From NCBI GenBank assembly GCA_028826165.1, contig JAPDFW010000068.1, forward strand, positions 62,001 through 126,000: a stretch of 64,000 bases of DNA. Reading direction: 5' to 3'. This document shows positions 28,001-41,496 of this stretch, piece after piece. Below the pieces are notes generated by a model that did no database searches, was not told the DNA's origin, and worked only from the letters and a program-made list of their open reading frames with translations. The position numbers and the translations under genes are program-made. Position 1 is the first letter of the stretch, and each line of letters starts with the position of its first letter. Source of the DNA: Anaeramoeba ignava BMAN (taxonomy: Eukaryota; Protista; Anaeramoebae).

Positions 28001-31000
28001 TTCTCGTCTTTCATCCGTTCCTCGTTGAATTTGTTCAATTGCTCGTTGTTTTTTTTCTGTTGAAGCTCTTGCTCGAGACCAAATATCTTCGCGTTTAACT
28101 CCTTTTTGTCGTTGCTTGCCTGTCCCAATTTCCCGTACAAATCCTGGAGATCCTTCTCCATTTTCTTGTTCTGCAACCTCAAGGTTTCATTCTCATTTTT
28201 CAATTGATTCTTCTCATTCTCGCTGTTTTGCAGATCGAACTGATGCTTCTTCGTTTTCTGTCGCTCCTCTTCCATCTGCTGCTCAAGTTCCTGGTTTCTC
28301 TGATTCAACTGCGAGTTATTTTGAGCGAGGAATTGGAGCTCCTTGTCTTTGTCTTCGATACTACGCCGCCATTCATCCGCCAATTTTGCGGTTTGCTCCA
28401 TTTGCTTCTTTTCTCTTCTCGCGTTTTTAAGATCCTTTTGAAGATCCTTGAGCTGAGAACCCTGTTTCTCGATATGATCCTCGAGCGCTTTCTTTTCTCC
28501 CTCGAGTTTGCTGTTTTCTCTTTTGAGTTCGTTATTTTCCCGGCTCAATTTTTCGTTTTCCTGTTCTTTTTGTTTGAGTTTTCTGTTTTTTTGTTCGTGT
28601 AAGTTTTTCTGACTCTCCATGTCCTTCAGCGAGTTCTGCATCTCATCAGACCCGAATTTAAGCTGTTGGTTTTCCAACCGCACTTCTTGGTTCTCTGTCT
28701 TCAATCCTTCATTTTCTCTGTTGAGTCTCTCATTCTCGTTTTTCAATGCATTGATTTTTCCCTCGTTCTCGATTTGCTTTTGTTTTAGCTCCTTGTTTGC
28801 CTTGCGATCCTTTTTCGCCTGATTTCGCAATCTCTCCATCTCTTGCTCCTGTTGTTGCTGTTGCTGGAGCTGTCCGTCCTGTTTGCGCTTGTTGAGATCC
28901 ATTTCCTTCAATTTTTGATCCAATTCTTGATTTTTTTTTTTCATCCCGAAATTTTTCTTGTTTGCTTCTTCGTACATTTTCTGGATCCGCTCCAAATCTT
29001 GGTCCTTTTGTTTGCTTTCGTTCTTCAGGCTCTGGTTCTCCAGTCGCAACTTCCTGATCTCATCGTCATCCTTACGTTTTTGTTTCTGCAAGTTTTCGTT
29101 TTCTTTATTTAAATTTTCTATTTGATTCTGCATTGTTTTTAATGCTTCTTCATAATTCTGTTGTTTTTGTTGTGTTTCCTTCTTTGACTGCTCAGCGTTT
29201 CTTCTCAGTGCATCATCGCGAGCTCGCTCCGCTTCTGCAACCTTATTTCGCATTCCTTCCAATTCGTTCTGCAACCGAATATTTTCGTTTTGCAATTCTT
29301 CGTTCTTTTTGTTAGCTTCCCAAAGTTGCTTTTCTTGATCTCCTCCTTTTCCCTTTTTCTCCTTCAATTTCAGTATCTTCTCGTCTCGTGATTTGAGTTC
29401 TCCGTTAAGTCGCAAGTTTTCCTGGTTGATGATCAAGTTTTGTGATTGAAGTGATTCAACTGCTCCTTTTAAATTACTTATTTCTTTATTATCTTGGTTT
29501 GTGTTTGGGTTTTCTGGGTTATCTTGCACTCTTTGTAATGTTTGTTTCAGGTTTTGGATCAGATCCGTTTGTTCTTCGTTTTCGTTTTCAAGCCGTTCGT
29601 TTTCGTTTTGTGTATGAATTAGATATGCTTTAAGGTATGTGATTAGTTCTTTATGTGTTTGGAGTGAATTTGAGCCTTGATTTATTTGTTCGTTCTTAAT
29701 TTCAAAATTTATAATTTTATAAATAAATTTATATTTAATTTAATATTTAATTTTATATTTAATTTTATAAATAATTTTATATTTAAATTTATTAATAATT
29801 TTATAAATAATTTTATAAATAATTTTATAAATAATTTTATAAATAATTTTATAAATAATTTTATATTTAATTTTATAAATAATTTTATAAATAATTTTAT
29901 AAATAATTTTATAAATAATTTTATAAATAATTTTATAAATAATTTTATAAATAATTTTATAACTAATTTTATAAATAATTTTATATTTAATTTTATAAAT
30001 AATTTTATAAATAATTTTATATTTAATTTTATAAATCATTTTATATTTAATTTTATAAATAATTTTATAAATAATTTTATAATTAATTTTATATTTAATT
30101 TTATAAATAATTTTATATTTAATTTTATAAATAATTTTATAAATAATTTTATAAATAATTTTATAAATAATTTTATAAATAATTTTATATTTAATTTTAT
30201 AAATAATTTTATAAATAATTTTATATTTAATTTTATAAATAATTTTATAAATAATTTTATAAATAATTTTATATTTAATTTTATAAATAATTTTATATTT
30301 AATTTTATAAATAATTTTATATTTAATTTTATAAATAATTTTATTAATAATTTTATAAATAATTTTATAAATAATTTTATAAATAATTTTATAAATAATT
30401 TTATAAATAATTTTATAAATAATTTTATATTTAATTTTATATTTAATTTTATAAATAATTTTATAATTAATTTTATAATTAATTTTATATTTAATTTTAT
30501 AAATAATTTTATAAATAATTTTATAAATAATTTTATATTTAATTTTATAAATAATTTTATAAATAATTTTATAAATAATTTTATAAATAATTTTATAAAT
30601 AATTTAATAAATAATTTTATAATTAATTTTATAAATAATTTTATAAATAATTTTATAAATAATTTTATATTTAATTTTATAAATAATTTTATAAATAATT
30701 TTATAAATAATTTTATAAATAATTTTATTTATAAATAATTTTATAAATAATTTTATAAATAATTTTATAAATAATTTTATAAATAATTTTATAAATAATT
30801 TTATATTTAATTTTATATTTAATTTTATAAATAATTTTATAATTGATTTTATAAATAATTTTAATAAATAATTTAATATATAATTTTATAAATAATTTTA
30901 TAAATAATTTTATAAATAATTTTATAATTAATTTTATATTTAATTTTATAATTAATTTTTATAATTAATTTTATAAATAATTTTATAAATAATTTTATAT

Positions 31001-34000
31001 TTAATTTTTATAAATAATTTTATAAATAATTTTATAAATAATTTAATAATTAATTTTTATATTTAATTTTTATTAATTTTATAAATAATTTTATAAATAA
31101 TTTTATAAATAATTTTTATAAATAATTTTTATATAATTTTTAAATAATTTTATATTTAATTTTATATTTATTTTTTAATTAATTTTATATTTAATTTTAT
31201 AAATAATTTTATAAATAATTTTATAAATAATTTTATATTTAATTTTATAATTAATTTTATAAATAATTTTTATAAATAATTTTATAAATAATTTTTATAT
31301 TTAATTTTATATTTAATTTTATAAATAATTTTATAAATAATTTTATAATTAATTTTATAAATAATTTTATAAATAATTTTATAATTAATTTTATAAATAA
31401 TTTTATAAATAATTTTATAATTAATTTTATAATTAATTTTATAAATAATTTTATAAATAATTTTATATTTAATTTTATAAATAATTTTATATTTAATTTT
31501 ATAAATAATTTTATAAATAATTTTATAAATAATTTTATAAATAATTTTATAAATAATTTTATAATTAATTTTATAAATAATTTTATAAATAATTTTATAA
31601 ATAATTTTATAAATAATTTTTAATTTTATAATTAATTTTATAAATAATTTTATAAATAATTTTATAAATAATTTTATAATTAATTTTATAATTAATTTTA
31701 TAAATAATTTTATAAATAATTTTATAAATAATTTTATAAATAATTTTATAATTAATTTTATAATTAATTTTATAAATAATTTTATAAATAATTTTATAAA
31801 TAATTTTATAAATAATTTTATAATTAATTTTATAAATAATTTTATAAATAATTTTATAAATTAATTTTATAAATAATTTTTATAAATAATTTTATAAATA
31901 ATTTTATAAATAATTTTATAAATAATTTTATAAATAATTTTATAAATAATTTTATAAATAATTTAATAAATAATTTTATAAATAATTTAATAAATAATTT
32001 TATAAATAATTTTATAAATAATTTTATATTTAATTTTATAAATAATTTTATAAATAATTTTATATTTAATTTTATAAATAATTTTATAAATAATTTTATA
32101 AATAATTTTATAAATAATTTTATAAATAATTTTATAAATAATTTTATAAATAATTTTATAAATAAATTTTTTAAATAATTTTATAAATAATTTTATAAAT
32201 AATTTTATAAATAATTTTATAAATAATTTTATAAATAATTTAATAAATAAATAATTTTATAAATAATTTTATAAATAATTTTATAATTAATTTTATAAAT
32301 AATTTTATATTTAATTTTATAAATAATTTTATATATTTAATTTTATATTTAATTTTATATTTAATTTCATAAATAATTTTATATTTAATTTTTATATTTA
32401 ATTTTATAAATAATTTTATAAATAATTTAATAAATAATTTTATAAATAATTTTATAAATAATTTTATAAATAATTTTATAATTAATTTTTAAATAATTTT
32501 ATAAATAATTTTATAAATAATTTTATATTTAATTTTATATTTAATTTTATAAATAATTTTATAAATAATTTAATAAATAATTTTATATATAATTTTATAA
32601 ATAATTTTATAAATAATTTTATAATTAATTTAATAAATAATTTTATAAATAATTTAATAAATAATTTTATAATTAATTTTTATATATAATTTTATAAATA
32701 ATTTTATAAATAATTTAATAATTAATTTTATCAATAATTTTATAAATAATTTTATATTTAATTTTATAATTAATTTTATATTTAATTTTATATTTAATTT
32801 TATATTTAATTTTATAAATAATTTTATAAATAATTTTATATCTAATTTTATAAATAATTTTTAAATAATTTTATAAATAATTTTATAATTAATTTTATAT
32901 TTAATTTTATAAATAATTTTTATAAATAATTTTATAAATAATTTTATAAAATAATTTTTATATTTAATTTTATATTTAATTTAATAAATAATTTTATAAA
33001 TAATTTTATAAATAATTTTATATTTAATTTTATAAATAAATTTTATAAATAATTTTATATATAATTTTATAAATAATTTTATAAATAATTTTTATATATA
33101 ATTTTATAAATAATTTTATAAATAATTTTATAAATAATTTTATATATAATTTTATAAATAATTTTATAAATAATTTTTATAAATAATTTTATAAATAATT
33201 TTATAAATAATTTTATAAATAATTTTATAAATAATTTTATAATTAATTTTATAAATAATTTTATAAATAATTTTATATATAATTTTATATTTAATTTTAT
33301 ATTTAATTTTATATTTAATTTTTATTTAATTTTATAAATAATTTTATAAATAATTTTATAAATAATTTTATAAATAATTTTATAAATAATTTTATAAATA
33401 ATTTTATAAATAATTTTATAAAATAATTTTATAAATATTTTTTATAAATAATTTTATAAATAATTTTATAAATAATTTTATAAATAATTTTATATATATA
33501 ATTTTTATAAATAATTTTATATATAATTTTATAAAATAATTTTATGAATAATTTTATAAATAAATTAATAAATAATTTTATAAATAATTTTATAATTAAT
33601 TTTATAAATAATTTAATAAATAATTTTATATTTAATTTTATAAATAATTTTATAAATAATTTTATATTTAATTTTATAAATAATTTTATAAATAATTTTA
33701 TATTTAATTTTATCAATAATTTTATAAATAATTTTATTAATAATTTTTATATATTTAATTTTATAAATAATTTTATAAATAATTTTATATTTAATTTTAT
33801 CAATAATTTTATATTTAATTTTATAAATAATTTTATAAATAATTTTATAAATAATTTTATAAATAATTTAATAAATAATTTTTATATTTAATTTTATATT
33901 TAATTTTATAAATAATTTTATAAATAATTTTATAAATAATTTTATATTTAATTTTATAAATAATTTTATAAATAATTTTATAAATAATTTTATAAATAAT

Positions 34001-37000
34001 TTTATAATTAATTTTATAATTAATTTTATATTTAATTTTATAAAATAATTTAATAAATAATTTTATTAATAATTTTATAAATAATTTTATAATTAATTTT
34101 ATAAATAATTTTATAAATAATTTTATAAATAATTTTATAAATAATTTTATAAATAATTTTATAAATAATTTTATAAATAATTTTATAAATAATTTTATAA
34201 TTAATTTTATATATAATTTTATATATAATTTTATAAATAATTTTATGAATAATTTTATAAATAAATTAATAAATAATTTTATAAATAATTTTTATAATTA
34301 ATTTTATAAATAATTTAATAAATAATTTTATATTTAATTTTATAAATAATTTTATAAATAATTTTATATTTAATTTTATAAATAATTTTATAAATAATTT
34401 TATATTTAATTTTATCAATAATTTTATAAATAATTTTTATAAATAATTTTATATTTAATTTTATAAATAATTTTATAAATAATTTTATATTTAATTTTAT
34501 CAATAATTTTATATTTAATTTTATAAATAATTTTATAAATAATTTTATAAATAATTTTATCAATAATTTTATAAATAATTTTATATATATATTTTTATAT
34601 TTAATTTTATAAATAATTTTATAAATAATTTTATAAATAATTTTATATTTAATTTTATAAATAATTTTATAAATAATTTTATAAATAATTTTATAAATAA
34701 TTTTATAATTAATTTTATAATTAATTTTATATTTAATTTTTATAAATAATTTAATAAATAATTTTATTAATAATTTTATAAATAATTTTATAATTAATTT
34801 TATAAATAATTTTATAAATAATTTTATAAATAATTTTTATAAATAATTTTATAAATAATTTTATAAATAATTTTATAAAATAATTTTATAAATAATTTTA
34901 TAATTAATTTTATATATAATTTTATAAATAATTTTATAAATAATTTTATATTTAATTTTATAAATAATTTTTATAAATAATTTTATAAATAATTTTATAT
35001 TTAATTTTATATTTAATTTTATAAATAATTTTATAAATAATTTATAAATAATTTTATATTTAATTTTATATTTAATTTTATATTTAATTTCATAAATAAT
35101 TTTATAAATAATTTTATATTTAATTTTATAAATAATTTTATAAATAATTTTATAAATAATTTTATAAATAATTTTATAAATAATTTAATAAATAATTTTA
35201 TATTTAATTTTATAAATAATTTTATAAATAATTTTATATTTAATTTTATAAATAATTTTATAAATAATTTTATAAATAATTTTATAAATAATTTTATAAA
35301 TAATTTTATATATAATTTTATAAATAATTTTATAAATAATTTTATAAATAATTTTATAAATAATTTTATAATTAATTTTATTAATAATTTTATAAATAAT
35401 TTTATAAATAATTTTATATTTAATTTTATAAATAATTTTATAATTAATTTTATAAATAATTTTTATAAATAATTTTATAAATAATTTTATAAATAATTTT
35501 TATAAATAATTTAATAAATAATTTTATATTTAATTTTATTAATAATTTTATAAATAATTTTATAAATAATTTTATATTTAATTTTATAATTAATTTTATA
35601 AATAATTTTATAAATAATTTAATAAATAATTTTATAAATAATTTTATATATAATTTTATAAATAATTTTATATTTAATTTTATAAATAATTTTATAAATA
35701 ATTTTATAATTAATTTTATAAATAATTTTATAATTAATTTTATAAATAATTTTATAATTAATTTTTATAAATAATTTTATAAATAATTTTGTAATTAATT
35801 TTTATATTTAATTTAATAAATAATTTTATAAATAATTTTATAAATAATTTTATATTTAATTTTATAAATAATTTTATAAATAATTTTATAATTAATTTAA
35901 TAATTAATTTTATAATTAATTTTATATATAATTTTATAATTAATTTTATAAATAATTTTATAAATAATTTTTATAAATAATTTTATAAATAATTTTATAT
36001 TTAATTTTATAAATAATTTTATAAATAATTTTATATTTAATTTTATCAATAATTTTATATTTAATTTTATAAATAATTTTTATAAATAATTTTATAAATA
36101 ATTTTATCAATAATTTTATAAATAATTTTATATATAATTTTATATTTAATTTTATAAATAATTTTATAAATAATTTTATAAATAATTTTATATTTAATTT
36201 TATAAATAATTTTATATATAATTTTATATTTAATTTAATAAATAATTTTATAAATAATTTAATAAATAATTTTATATTTAATTTTATAAATAATTTTATA
36301 TTTAATTTTATATTTAATTTTATAAATAATTTTATAAATAATTTTATAAATAATTTTTATAAATAATTTTATAAATAATTTTATAATTAATTTTATAATT
36401 AATTTTATAAATAATTTTATAAATAATTTTATAAATAATTTTATAATTAATTTTATAAATAATTTAATAAATAATTTTATATTTAATTTAATATATAATT
36501 TTATAAATAATTTAATAAATAATTTTATAAATAATTTTATAATTAATTTTATATTTAATTTTTATATTTAATTTAATAAATAATTTTATATTTAATTTTA
36601 TATTTAATTTTATATCTAATTTTATAAATAATTTTTAAATAATTTTATAAATAATTTTATAATTAATTTTATAAATAATTTTATAAATAATTTTATAAAT
36701 AATTTTATAAATAATTTATAAATAATTTTATAAATAATTTTATAAATAATTTTATAAATAATTTATAAATAATTTTATATTTAATTTTATATTTAATTTT
36801 ATATTTAATTTTATATTTAATTTTATATTTAATTTTATAAATAATTTTATAAATAATTTTATAAATAATTTTATAAATAATTTTATATTTAATTTTATTA
36901 ATAATTTTATAATTAATTTTATAATTAATTTTATAATTAATTTTATATTTAATTTTATAATTAATTTTATAAATAATTTTATAAATAATTTAATTAAAAA

Positions 37001-37136
37001 CGTTAATTTTATATTTTATAATTTTATATTTAATTTTATATTTTATAATTTTATATTTTCTTTTTTTGTTTTAATAAATTGAAAAACATACAAGAGTTTC
37101 AATTTTTTCTTGTAACTCTTCTTCTGAAAGATTCAT
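25053..37136 (-). CDS. Very long coiled-coil protein. Exon 1 37136-37092, 7.4-kb intron, exon 2 29694-25053 with a frameshift near 27800
   Basis: MNLSEEELQEKIETL|GTATGT ... TTAAG|NEQINQG.. is in frame with ORF 27739-29529. ORF 25053-27797 continues the heptad-rich sequence. Confidence 0.75.
29700..37000. repeat. Nearly G/C-free 12-bp minisatellite (ATAAATAATTTT, variants ATATTTAATTTT and ATAATTAATTTT), about 7.3 kb
   Basis: Direct reading of the sequence. Confidence 0.97.
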
Positions 37137-37411
37137 ATTTTAATTTTAAATTTAATTTTAAAATTTTTGAATATTTTTTTTTTTTAACAGAAAGTAAGAA
37201 AGAAAAATTATAAAAAAAATAAAAAAGAGAAAATAAAAAAAATGAAAAAAAATGAAAAAAAAAAATAAACTAAATTTTTTTTATTGTGGGCAAATAAAAA
37301 TAAAATAAATCATATAAATTACTATATATAATAAATAATATTTATAATTTATTTTTTATTTTTTTTTATTTTTCCATTTTTTTCATTTTCCAAAAATAAA
37401 AATACAAAGAA

Positions 37412-38569
37412 ATGCATAAAACAGAAACAATTTTGCTTTCTTTGCTATTTCTACCAATAATAATTCTAACAGCATTTACAGGAAAACCACAAATACAAAT
37501 AATAATCACAATTACATCAATAATAGCAATTATAGTTTATTTTTTCACAACAAAAATAATTCAAAAATGCATTCCGTTAATTGAAAAAGTGGGGATAACA
37601 GGAAAAGACCTTAACAAACTTTCAGACAAACCAATACCAGAAGCAATGGGCATAGTGCCTGGTATTGCCTACCTTGTATTTACGATTCTAATCCAATTAA
37701 TCCACCCCATAACATTGCAAGAGTACAACGCCGTCTTGACATCAATTTGCTTCATGATCCTTCTCGGTTTTGCAGATGATGTTCTCAACTTAAGATGGCG
37801 CGTTAAGATCTATCTCTCTTTGGTGGCAACACTGCCTATGGTTGTCTCATATTCCGGATCAACCCATATTTTGATTCCTGAATTTGCCAAAAAAATTCTT
37901 TCGCAAATTCCTGGAATTCCAGACCTTCCCACATTGATAGACATCGGGATCGGCTACAAACTTTACATGGTGCTTTTTACCGCGTTCTGCACAAACTCAA
38001 TCAACATCCTTGCGGGTGTAAACGGTCTCGAAGTCGGACAGTCAGTGGTCATCGGCTTTGGTGTTTTGGCTTACTCGATCCTCAAGATCATCGAGACGCC
38101 CGCATCTTCCGCGCTCACAATAGAGTACCACACTGTTTCTATTCTTCTTGTCATACCCTTCATCTCTGTGTGCTTAGCTCTGCTCAAATTTAATTGGTAT
38201 CCTTCTCGCGTTTTTGTGGGTGACACTTTTACTTATTTCTCTGGAATGGCTCTGGCTGTTATTGGAATCATCGGCCACTTCCCAGAAATGATGTCGTTGT
38301 TCTTCCTCCCCCAAATATTAAACTTTCTCTTATCTCTTCCTCAAATTCTCGGTATCTTCCCCTGTCCAAGACACCGTTTGGCTAAATATAATCCTAAAGA
38401 CGGTCTTCTTTATGGCGTTAAAGAACACCATAATTTGCTTAATTTTTGGCTCAGAATATTCGGTCCGAAAAATGAAAGAGTGCTTACTATACATCTTATG
38501 GTTTTCCAGTTTGTTTGTATTTTGCTCGCTTTCGCCATTCGTTATTTTTATGCTTTTCTTTTGAATTGA
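37412..38569 (+). CDS. DPAGT1: UDP-GlcNAc:dolichyl-phosphate GlcNAc-1-phosphate transferase (ALG7/GPT)
   Basis: GKDLNK, LGFADDVLNLRWR, FCTNSINILAGVNGLEVGQ, FNWYPSRVFVGDTF and CPRHRL; intronless multipass membrane protein. Confidence 0.97.
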   Translation: MHKTETILLSLLFLPIIILTAFTGKPQIQIIITITSIIAIIVYFFTTKIIQKCIPLIEKVGITGKDLNKLSDKPIPEAMGIVPGIAYLVFTILIQLIHPITLQEYNAVLTSICFMILLGFADDVLNLRWRVKIYLSLVATLPMVVSYSGSTHILIPEFAKKILSQIPGIPDLPTLIDIGIGYKLYMVLFTAFCTNSINILAGVNGLEVGQSVVIGFGVLAYSILKIIETPASSALTIEYHTVSILLVIPFISVCLALLKFNWYPSRVFVGDTFTYFSGMALAVIGIIGHFPEMMSLFFLPQILNFLLSLPQILGIFPCPRHRLAKYNPKDGLLYGVKEHHNLLNFWLRIFGPKNERVLTIHLMVFQFVCILLAFAIRYFYAFLLN

Positions 38570-38721
38570 ATTTTTGTTTTTTTTTTATTTGGGAAATTCC
38601 TAAAAGATCTATTCCATTCATTTTAACAAAAAAAAAAATTAAAGAAAATTCAATTCCACAAAACAAAACAAAACAACAATTTTAAATTTTAAATTTTAAA
38701 TTATAAATTATAAATTATAAA

Positions 38722-41421
38722 TTATATTATTAAATCTTCAAAAACTAAATCTATTATTGAATTTTGATTTAATTGATAATAATCTTTGAAATCTTTCATT
38801 TCTTCTATAACTCCTTTTTTCAATCCAGATTTCACATCCTCAAATTCATCGTGATAAAGAAAATAAACAAATTGATTTATTGCTTCAAAAGATTTTCCTG
38901 AATAATCATGAACCTTATTTGTTTTGTCTGCAACATTTAGTTCAAACATACCTTTAAATAATTCACTTCTTATTATCAATATCAACTTATGGACTTTAAT
39001 TTCTTTTTCATTCTCGTTTTCTGAGCAAATTATTGTGAAATCCTTTTTGGAATCATCTTGTCTAGACAATTCATCCAAATCTCTTAATATTCCTCTTCTT
39101 CCTTTTTTTGATTTAATCCAATTCAAATCCAATCCAACTTCCTTAAATAATTCCCTCAATTTTCTTTTTTTATTACTTCTTTCTATCATAAGTTGCTCTT
39201 TCTGTTTTTTTAAAGAAAGAAACTTTGAGCTTTTCCCAAACTTGAAATTATCCATAAAAATATCATATTCGAGAGAAATTTGCTCTTTAAATTGCTCAAA
39301 ATCAGGGAAGCCTGTATAAATAAAATTCAGGGCAATTTGAACATCATCTTTTGCTTTTTGTTGACAAACATTAACAAATTTCTGTAAAACCGATGGATCA
39401 TTATTACTGCCACTTAATCTTATAGATAAAATTTCCTTATTTACAAGAAAACATGAAGAATCATTGCTTTCGATCCGATAATCTGAAAAAGTACTTGAAT
39501 CTAATAATTTCTTCATGTCTTCGATAATTGAATAAATTTGTAGCATCAAAGATTGAAATTTGAGTGAAAATACACTTTCTACTAAATTAAGAAATTTCGC
39601 ATCATTTCTCAACAATAATTCAAACAATTTTTCATTATGCTCCCTTTTTGCAATTAAAAGTGGCACTTTTTTGGATCTGATTTTACTATTCACACTTATC
39701 CCATTTTTGATCAACAACTTTGCAATTTTAACAGAATCTCCATGAAGTGCTTTTCTATATTTGCAAACATAATCCAAGGCTGTTTTTTCATATTTATTTT
39801 TGGCAGTGACATCTACTCCTTTCCCAATTAAATACTCGATAAATTTAAACGAATTTTGATTTTGGCAAGCCATGATTAATGGTGTATTTTGTTCTTTTGT
39901 CATTATGTTAATGTCAGCCCCATTCTCAATCAAATATTCTGTGACTGTCACTAAATTATTCTGAAATGCAAAATATAAAGGCGTTTCTTCGTTTTTTGTC
40001 TTGGCATTGACATCAGCTCCCTTTTCAACAAGAGTCTTGACAATTTGAAACGAAATTGATTTCTTGCAAGCAAAATGCAAAGGTGTTTCTTCATATTTTG
40101 TCTTGGCATTGACATCAGCTCCCTTTTCAATAAGATAATTCAAAATATCAATTGATTTATTATACTGACAAACATAGTGTAAAGGTGTTTCTCGATAATC
40201 AATTTTGTGATTAGGATCTGCTCCATGCTCAACAAGAACTTTCACAATTTCAAAAGAATTTTGTTGGCATGCAATATATAACGGTGATTCGCTATATCCT
40301 GTTTTGGCATTGACATTGACATTAGCTCCATGCTCAACAAGAATTCTCACAATTTCAACAGAATTTTGTTGACAAGCTATAATAAGTGGCTTTTCAAAAC
40401 GAATAGATTTGACATTAGCATCTGCTCCATGCTCAACAAGAATTCTCACAATTTCAACAGAATTTTTTTGACATGCAATAACCAATGGTATTTCTTTATA
40501 TTCTTCTTTGTCATTGACACTAACATTAGCTCCATTCTCAACAAGAATTTTCACAATTTCATAAGATTTTTGTTGACATGCAAAAATCAAAGGTGTTTCT
40601 TCATTGATTGACTCGACATTAACATCTGCTTTTTTTTCAATAAGAGTTTTCACAATTTCATAAGAGTTTTGTTGACATGCAAAAATCAAAGCCGTTTCTT
40701 CTTTGTTTGTTTCGAAATTAACGTTTGCTTTTTTTTCAACAAGATATTTGACAGTTTCAATTGAATTTTGTTGGCAAGCAAAATGCAAAGGTGTTTGATT
40801 ATTCTTATTCAAAACATTAATTTCTTCTCCTTTTTCAACAAGATATTTGACAGTTTCAAACGAGTTATTTTGTTGACAAGCAAAGTGTAAAGGTGTTTGA
40901 TTTGTTTTTGTTTTGACATTAATTTCAGCTCCTTTTTCAACAAGATATTTGACAGTTTCAAACGAGTTATTATGTTGACAAGCAAAATGTAAAGGTGTTT
41001 GATTTGTTTTTGTTTTGACATTAATTTCAGCTCCTTTTTCAACAAGATATTTGACAGTTTCAAACGAGTTATTTTGTTGACAAGCAAAATGTAAAGGTGT
41101 TTGTTTACTTTTTGTTTTGACATTGACTTCTGCTCCTTTTTCAACAAGATATCCAACACTCTCAAATGAATTTTGTTGACAAGCAAAGTGTAAAGGTGTT
41201 TGATTATTCTTTGTTTTGACATTAACATCTGCTTTTTTTGCAATAAGATATTTAATAATTTCAAGTGCATTATTTTGTTTACAAGCAAAATGCAAAGGTG
41301 TTTGGTTTAATGAGTTTCTATCATTAATATTCGCACCTTTTTTAATAAGATCTTTTACATCTTCTATAGAATTTCTTTCACAAGCAGTAAATAAATTTTT
41401 ACTTTTTGTTAAATGTGACAT
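38722..41421 (-). CDS. Ankyrin-repeat protein with C-terminal BTB-like domain(s)
   Basis: Many TPLHFAC..YLVEKGA.IN ankyrin repeats, followed by FSDYRI..NKEILSIR and KDFTI..IKVHKLILIIRSELFKGMF..FVYFLY. Confidence 0.9.
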   Translation of the reverse strand: MSHLTKSKNLFTACERNSIEDVKDLIKKGANINDRNSLNQTPLHFACKQNNALEIIKYLIAKKADVNVKTKNNQTPLHFACQQNSFESVGYLVEKGAEVNVKTKSKQTPLHFACQQNNSFETVKYLVEKGAEINVKTKTNQTPLHFACQHNNSFETVKYLVEKGAEINVKTKTNQTPLHFACQQNNSFETVKYLVEKGEEINVLNKNNQTPLHFACQQNSIETVKYLVEKKANVNFETNKEETALIFACQQNSYEIVKTLIEKKADVNVESINEETPLIFACQQKSYEIVKILVENGANVSVNDKEEYKEIPLVIACQKNSVEIVRILVEHGADANVKSIRFEKPLIIACQQNSVEIVRILVEHGANVNVNAKTGYSESPLYIACQQNSFEIVKVLVEHGADPNHKIDYRETPLHYVCQYNKSIDILNYLIEKGADVNAKTKYEETPLHFACKKSISFQIVKTLVEKGADVNAKTKNEETPLYFAFQNNLVTVTEYLIENGADINIMTKEQNTPLIMACQNQNSFKFIEYLIGKGVDVTAKNKYEKTALDYVCKYRKALHGDSVKIAKLLIKNGISVNSKIRSKKVPLLIAKREHNEKLFELLLRNDAKFLNLVESVFSLKFQSLMLQIYSIIEDMKKLLDSSTFSDYRIESNDSSCFLVNKEILSIRLSGSNNDPSVLQKFVNVCQQKAKDDVQIALNFIYTGFPDFEQFKEQISLEYDIFMDNFKFGKSSKFLSLKKQKEQLMIERSNKKRKLRELFKEVGLDLNWIKSKKGRRGILRDLDELSRQDDSKKDFTIICSENENEKEIKVHKLILIIRSELFKGMFELNVADKTNKVHDYSGKSFEAINQFVYFLYHDEFEDVKSGLKKGVIEEMKDFKDYYQLNQNSIIDLVFEDLII

Positions 41422-41496
41422 TTTTATCAAAATACAAAATGAAAAATGAAAAATGAAAAAAATGTTTTATGTTTTATTTATGTTTTATTTTTATGT

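Noticed and set aside
29677-34563. ORFs of (NFIN)n / (IIYK)n, up to 353 aa
   Set aside because: Translations of the 12-bp intronic minisatellite; stop-free only because of unit composition.
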